A stretch of DNA of 64,000 bases, taken from the NCBI GenBank assembly GCA_035703635.1, contig DASSXV010000052.1, forward strand, positions 28,104-92,103. Reading direction: 5' to 3'. This document shows positions 59,448 to 64,000 of the stretch, piece by piece. How positions within the stretch are numbered: the first letter of the stretch is position 1; each line of letters begins with the position of its first letter. The notes under the pieces were generated by a model. It saw only the letters and a list, made by a program, of their open reading frames with translations, was not told the origin of the DNA and made no database searches. A program made the position numbers and the translations under genes. The DNA comes from Trueperaceae bacterium. GTDB lineage: Bacteria; Deinococcota; Deinococci; Deinococcales; Trueperaceae.

Positions 59448-60380
59448 ATGCGGAACGTGCAAGCCAACCTACAACCTAGCTCGGACCGCGGCGGCAAGTC
59501 GCCGCGGCTTGGCGTGGCGCTCGGTGGCGGCAGCGCCCGTGGGTACGCTCATTTCGGCGCTCTCGCCAGCCTGGAGCGCAACGGCCTCGTTCCCGACATC
59601 ATCGCCGGCACTAGCTTCGGCGCCGTAGTCGGCGCGCTTTACGCCACCGGACGGCCCCTGCCTGAACTCGTGCTGCAGGCCGAGGCCATGCGCCGCCGCG
59701 ATGTCTTCCCTTACGTTGCAGACTTCGGACTGCACCGCGCCGCTCTGTTCGGCGGAAAGCGCTTGGAGGCCTACTTCGATAGGCTCCTGGAGGGCCGGGA
59801 GTTCTCCGACCTGAGCCGCCGCCTGGTGGTAGTCACGACCGACATCGACACCGGTGAGCGTGTACTCCTCGCGGACGGCCCACTCGCCCTAGCGCTGCGC
59901 GCCAGCACGGCCATCCCCGGCGTGTTCGCACCAGCCGTGGTTGATGGCAGGCGCTTGATCGACGGCGGCATCGGCTCGCCAGTGCCGCTAAGCACCTTGA
60001 ACGAGTTCGACGTCGACGTTGCCATCGGCATCGGCGCAGGCATGGAGGCCGCCGACTCGAGCGCCATCCGCCTCGCGCGCAAGGTCCTCAACTCGAACGG
60101 GGCGAAGCGCTGGCAGTCGCACGCGGCCGCCACGCCCCCGAAGGGCGCCGTCGGCCGCCTCGGCCGGGCGTTGGCCTTCGCGGCCGGTGGTTGGGCCGAG
60201 GCGGGTAAGGAACCGGAGGACGGCGCCATGGACGAAGAGGGTTGCTGTCGCTTCGAGGTGCACACGCGTCCGCCCATCCACTGGTTGAACTTTCACAGAG
60301 CAGGTGAAGCCATCCGCGCGGGCGACGCCGCTCTGAGCCGCCTGATGCCTTCGTTGCAGCTGGCGATGGCGCACGTTTGA
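59448..60380 (+). CDS. Patatin-like phospholipase
   Basis: LGGGSARG, nucleophile elbow GTSFG, ASTAIPGVF.P and DGG. Start reset to ATG 59448. Confidence 0.9.
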   Translation: MRNVQANLQPSSDRGGKSPRLGVALGGGSARGYAHFGALASLERNGLVPDIIAGTSFGAVVGALYATGRPLPELVLQAEAMRRRDVFPYVADFGLHRAALFGGKRLEAYFDRLLEGREFSDLSRRLVVVTTDIDTGERVLLADGPLALALRASTAIPGVFAPAVVDGRRLIDGGIGSPVPLSTLNEFDVDVAIGIGAGMEAADSSAIRLARKVLNSNGAKRWQSHAAATPPKGAVGRLGRALAFAAGGWAEAGKEPEDGAMDEEGCCRFEVHTRPPIHWLNFHRAGEAIRAGDAALSRLMPSLQLAMAHV

Positions 60381-60393
60381 GGCGCGCCAGGCG

Positions 60394-61287
60394 CTAGATT
60401 ATGCGTTTCCCAAGGAGGCTGGCCGCCATCTCGACCATGATGGCGGCCGTTTCGTTGCCCTGATCGACTATGGGGTTCACCTCGACGAGGTCTAGGCTCG
60501 TGACGCGCCCAGAGTCCGCGAGTAGTTCCATGAGTAGGTGCGCCTCGCGGTACGTGAGGCCGCCCGCAACGGGCGTGCCGACGCCGGGCGCTATGGTCGG
60601 GTCGAGGGAGTCGGCGTCGAACGACACGTGAAGGCGCTCGAGCCCACCGAGTTGCTCGATGGCGGCCGCCGCCAAGTAGGCGACGCCGCGCAGGTCGACG
60701 TCTTTCATGGTGTACGCGGTGATGCCCAGCTCCTCGATGAGGGCGCGCTCGCCTGCGTCCACGCTGCGGAGCCCGAGGTAGACGACGTGTTCTGGCCGGA
60801 CTACGGCGCCGCCGCCCCAGATGCTCGTGAAGCGGTCGTCCCCTAAACCGAGTAGGTGAGCAACCGGCATGCCGTGCACGTTGCCCGTCGGACTAGTGGC
60901 TGGCGTGTTGATGTCTGCGTGCGCGTCTACCCACAACAAGCCGGTAGCTTGGCCGCGGCTTAGTCCAGCAAAAGTGCCCATGCTGATCGAGTGATCGCCG
61001 CCTAGAGACACGACGAAGTCGTCCTCAGCCAACCCCTTTAGCTGCAGGTAGGTGGCTGTGCACGTGGCGGCGATGGCGGCCGCATGGTGTGGGGTGACCG
61101 AGCTGGGCAGGTGCTCGCTAGCCTCGGCGAGTGGCACCATCACGTTTCCCAAGTCGACGACCTCGTTACCGAGTTCGCGCAGTACGGGTGCCAAGCGCGC
61201 GAGCCGAACTGCGCTTGGGCCCATGTCGACCCCGCGCCGCCCGGCTCCCAAGTCCATGGGTACGCCTAAGACTTTCACTTGCCGCAT
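60394..61287 (-). CDS. rocF: Arginase
   Basis: [46 protein letters not shown] and VEVNP. Confidence 0.95.
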   Translation of the reverse strand: MRQVKVLGVPMDLGAGRRGVDMGPSAVRLARLAPVLRELGNEVVDLGNVMVPLAEASEHLPSSVTPHHAAAIAATCTATYLQLKGLAEDDFVVSLGGDHSISMGTFAGLSRGQATGLLWVDAHADINTPATSPTGNVHGMPVAHLLGLGDDRFTSIWGGGAVVRPEHVVYLGLRSVDAGERALIEELGITAYTMKDVDLRGVAYLAAAAIEQLGGLERLHVSFDADSLDPTIAPGVGTPVAGGLTYREAHLLMELLADSGRVTSLDLVEVNPIVDQGNETAAIMVEMAASLLGKRII

Positions 61288-61345
61288 GCGCCAACGCTAG
61301 CACGCGCCTTGGCCGGCGCTAAGCGCAGCTATGCGCGTTCGGTGG

Positions 61346-62890
61346 TCAATGCTTGACGCCAGCCGGGCGTTTCCAACTCCTGCCGACTTTAGCGAGCATG
61401 GCGTATGCCGCCTGCGGGCCCATGCCGCCAGCCTCGTAGAAGTCGGGCGTTGGCGCCTTCTCCTCGATGTAGCGGATGATCGGGTCGACGATGCGCCACT
61501 GCGCTTCGACCTCGTCGGCCCGCATGAAGAGCGTGGCGTCACCTTCCATCACGTCGAGGATAAGCGTCTCGTACGCGTCAGGGATGCTGCCGGTGAAGCT
61601 CCGCTGGTAAGAGAAGTCGAGGCCGATGCGGTCGAGTTCGACGCGCTGCCCGGGACGCTTACCGTTGAAGCGGATGGTCATGCCCTCGTCAGGCACTATG
61701 CGCATGACGAGCCTGTCCGCGCTGACGGGCGCGGCCAGGTTGAAGGGCACGTGCGGCGTCGCCTTGAACTGCAGCACGATCTCGCTTGCCTTGGCCTCGA
61801 GGCGCTTCCCCGACCTGAGATAGAACGGCACCCCAGCCCAACGCCAGTTGTCGACCACCAACTCCATGGCAGCGTAGGTCGCCTGCTTCGAGTTCGGGTC
61901 CACCTCACCTTCTTGGCGGTAACCCACCATGCCGTTGCCCGCCACGTACTGTCCGAGGACTGTCTCCTGCGGCGTTGGACAGCGCACGGCGCTGAACAAC
62001 TTGACCTTCTCGTCGCGGACGTTGCGCGCGTCGAAGCGCACGGGCGGCTCCATGGCCATGAGGGCGAGGAGTTGCAGCAGGTGGTTCTGGAAAACGTCGC
62101 GCAGGACGCCGGCGGCCTCATAGAACTGACCGCGACCCTCGACGCCCATCGGCTCGATCATGGTTATCTGCACGTGATCGATGTAACGGTTGTTCCACAC
62201 GGGTTCGAACATGGTGTTCGCGAAGCGCAGGACGGCGAGGTTCTGTGCCGTCTCCTTGGCGAGGTAGTGGTCGATGCGGAAGAGTTGCTGCTCAGTGAAG
62301 TGGGTAAGCAGTTCCGCGTTGAGCTTCTTCGCGGACGCCTCGTCCTCCCCGAACGGCTTCTCGATGACGAGACGCGTGAACTTGCCGTCCTGCGGTTCGG
62401 CGAGGCCGGCCTCGGCAAGGGACCGCGCGATGCGGCTGTACACCTCTGGCGGCGTGGCCGTGTAGAAGATCGTGCCCGCCACCTTGAGGTCCTTGAGCTT
62501 TTCGGCGAGGCGCACGAAGCCGTTGTCGCTCTGATAGTCGCCCTGGACGTAGCTGATGCGTTTGGCGAGGTCGTTCCAGGCGGCGGCGTCTAGGTCTGGG
62601 ACTTCCTTGGCCATCTCCGCGCCGAGATATGCGCGCAGCTCGTCGTCCGTCATGGCCCTGCGCGCGTGCCCGATTATCACGCTTGCCTCGTTGAGTTCGC
62701 CCTTGAGGTGCAGTTGGTAAAGGGCGGGCACGAGCTTGCGGGCCGTGAGGTCGCCCGTCACCCCGAAGATGACGAACGCGCACGGCTGCGCCGGCTTGCT
62801 GCGCGCCACGGAGTCAGGCGATGCCGGCATGGCTACCGCTTCGCTTCGCCTGGTCGGGGCGCCCGCAGCGTCGTTGGCCGGCGTGTTCAT
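61346..62890 (-). CDS. zwf: Glucose-6-phosphate 1-dehydrogenase
   Basis: FGVTGDL..RKL.PAL, IEKPFG, RIDHYLAKE, RDVFQNHLLQ and RWAGVPFYLRSGK. Confidence 0.97.
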   Translation of the reverse strand: MNTPANDAAGAPTRRSEAVAMPASPDSVARSKPAQPCAFVIFGVTGDLTARKLVPALYQLHLKGELNEASVIIGHARRAMTDDELRAYLGAEMAKEVPDLDAAAWNDLAKRISYVQGDYQSDNGFVRLAEKLKDLKVAGTIFYTATPPEVYSRIARSLAEAGLAEPQDGKFTRLVIEKPFGEDEASAKKLNAELLTHFTEQQLFRIDHYLAKETAQNLAVLRFANTMFEPVWNNRYIDHVQITMIEPMGVEGRGQFYEAAGVLRDVFQNHLLQLLALMAMEPPVRFDARNVRDEKVKLFSAVRCPTPQETVLGQYVAGNGMVGYRQEGEVDPNSKQATYAAMELVVDNWRWAGVPFYLRSGKRLEAKASEIVLQFKATPHVPFNLAAPVSADRLVMRIVPDEGMTIRFNGKRPGQRVELDRIGLDFSYQRSFTGSIPDAYETLILDVMEGDATLFMRADEVEAQWRIVDPIIRYIEEKAPTPDFYEAGGMGPQAAYAMLAKVGRSWKRPAGVKH

Positions 62891-63786
62891 GCTTTCTTGG
62901 TCTTGTGACCGCCGAAGCGGTTTCTCAGTGCAGCGATGGCGCGGTTGGCGAAGCTGTCGGTCTCACGGCTGGCGAAGCGCGCGTACAGCGCGGCCGTCAC
63001 GGCTGGCATCGGCACGGCGTGAGCTACGGCGTAATCGACGGTCCAGCGGCCCATGCCGCTGTCGTTCACGTAACCCTTGAGCTCGTCGAGGCGCGGATCG
63101 TCATGGAGCGCGTCAGCGAGGAGCTCGAGGAGCCACGAACGCACGACGGAGCCGTTGGTCCACAACTTGGCGATGGCGGGCAGGTCCAACTGGTGGTGCG
63201 GGTAGGTCGCGAGGGCCTCGAAGCCTTCACCGTAGGCCTGCAGCAGGCCGTACTCGATGCCGTTGTGGATCATCTTCACGAAGTGGCCAGAACCTGGCGG
63301 GCCGACGTGGACGAGGCCCCCGGTTGGCGCCAGCGTCTCCAGGATGGGTTTCGCGATGGCGAAGGCATCGTCGTGACCGCCGACCATGAGGTTGTAGCCC
63401 TGCTCGAGCCCCCACACTCCGCCCGAGACGCCCGCGTCCAGCCACAGCACGCCGGCCTCCTCGGCCAAGGCGGCGCGGCGGCGCGAGTCCTCCCAGTTGG
63501 AGTTCGCGCCGTCAACGAGCACGTCGCCCGCCGCCATGGCTGCCAGCGCCTGCTCGATCACCTGCTGGGTTGGGTCGCCAGAAGGCACCATGCACCACAC
63601 CACTCGTGGCGCCGCGAGTTGCGCGATGGCCTCCGCGATGCTGCTTGCCCCGCGGGCGCCTTCTTCGACGAGCTCCGCAACGGGGTCGGGGGAGAGGTCG
63701 GTGACTACCGGTGCGTGTCCGCCGTGCATGAGGCGGCGCGTCATGTCGGCTCCCATGCGGCCTAGGCCGATGATCGCGAGTTCCAT
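62887..63786 (-). CDS. gnd: 6-phosphogluconate dehydrogenase (short, decarboxylating type)
   Basis: IGLGRMG, DAGVSGGVWG, GHFVKMIHNGIEYG, DSGMGRWT and LRNRFGGH. SD GGAGG; ATGA overlap with zwf. Confidence 0.95.
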   Translation of the reverse strand: MELAIIGLGRMGADMTRRLMHGGHAPVVTDLSPDPVAELVEEGARGASSIAEAIAQLAAPRVVWCMVPSGDPTQQVIEQALAAMAAGDVLVDGANSNWEDSRRRAALAEEAGVLWLDAGVSGGVWGLEQGYNLMVGGHDDAFAIAKPILETLAPTGGLVHVGPPGSGHFVKMIHNGIEYGLLQAYGEGFEALATYPHHQLDLPAIAKLWTNGSVVRSWLLELLADALHDDPRLDELKGYVNDSGMGRWTVDYAVAHAVPMPAVTAALYARFASRETDSFANRAIAALRNRFGGHKTKKA

Positions 63787-64000
63787 TGGGACCTCCTAAG
63801 GCGCCCGCTTGGGGCGCCGTTCCTTGGACGATGCTAGCAGGGGCGCGTGATAAGCTGCCCGCCGTTGACGCAGAGCCGCGCGTGGTGGGCACGGCCAACG
63901 TACGCGAGATGCCACCGAAGCGTGCACGTTCATGAGTGCCGAGTCGGCCAGTGGCGCGCAGCTGAACAGTTCGAGCAGGAGGCGCGTGGTGACCGAGGGA

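Noticed and set aside
61331-63765. Long plus-strand ORFs (420 aa and 314 aa) opposite zwf and gnd
   Set aside because: Antisense shadows of conserved genes, expected from GC-rich codon bias; no recognisable motifs.
63851-64000. Possible start of a plus-strand gene at the right edge (TAAGCT, ATG 63932, AGGAGG then GTG)
   Set aside because: Too little sequence to fix a start or product.

Overview
A GC-rich, gene-dense 64-kb core-genome window. It most likely comes from a member of Deinococcota (Trueperaceae-like); this is inferred from a Thermus-type V/A-ATPase operon (G-I-K-E-C-F-A-B-D), a DdrI/SdrP-type CRP regulator, a recF-DUF721 pair, BamA plus CarD, and widespread TANNNT boxes just upstream of start codons. 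It holds about 55 CDSs. These cover repair and replication (recF, DUF721/DciA, uvrB, ruvB, dnaG), sufS/sufU, hom/thrC, two ABC importers (trehalose/maltose-type and AapJQMP), pilT, folC, serS, gatC, arginase, zwf/gnd and several envelope genes. I found no rRNA, tRNA, CRISPR array, transposase, integrase or phage genes. Best candidates for undescribed biology: (1) a five-gene translationally coupled operon encoding a YtkA/FixH lipoprotein, a FixG/CcoG-like 4Fe-4S membrane protein, an M15 carboxypeptidase, a membrane-anchored protein with a predicted N-terminal His, and DUF554; (2) an AapQ permease with an inserted ~200-aa domain carrying an SdrD-B-like Ca2+ loop; (3) a DUF4388/MshEN-like/pseudo-receiver protein behind ruvB; (4) a leaderless 9-codon uORF coupled to pilT; (5) a SerRS that looks like the Bacteroidota/Rhodothermota type. 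All family calls come from motif recognition by eye, not from database searches. Many start codons were moved from the ORF track using -10 boxes, SD sequences and stop/start overlaps.
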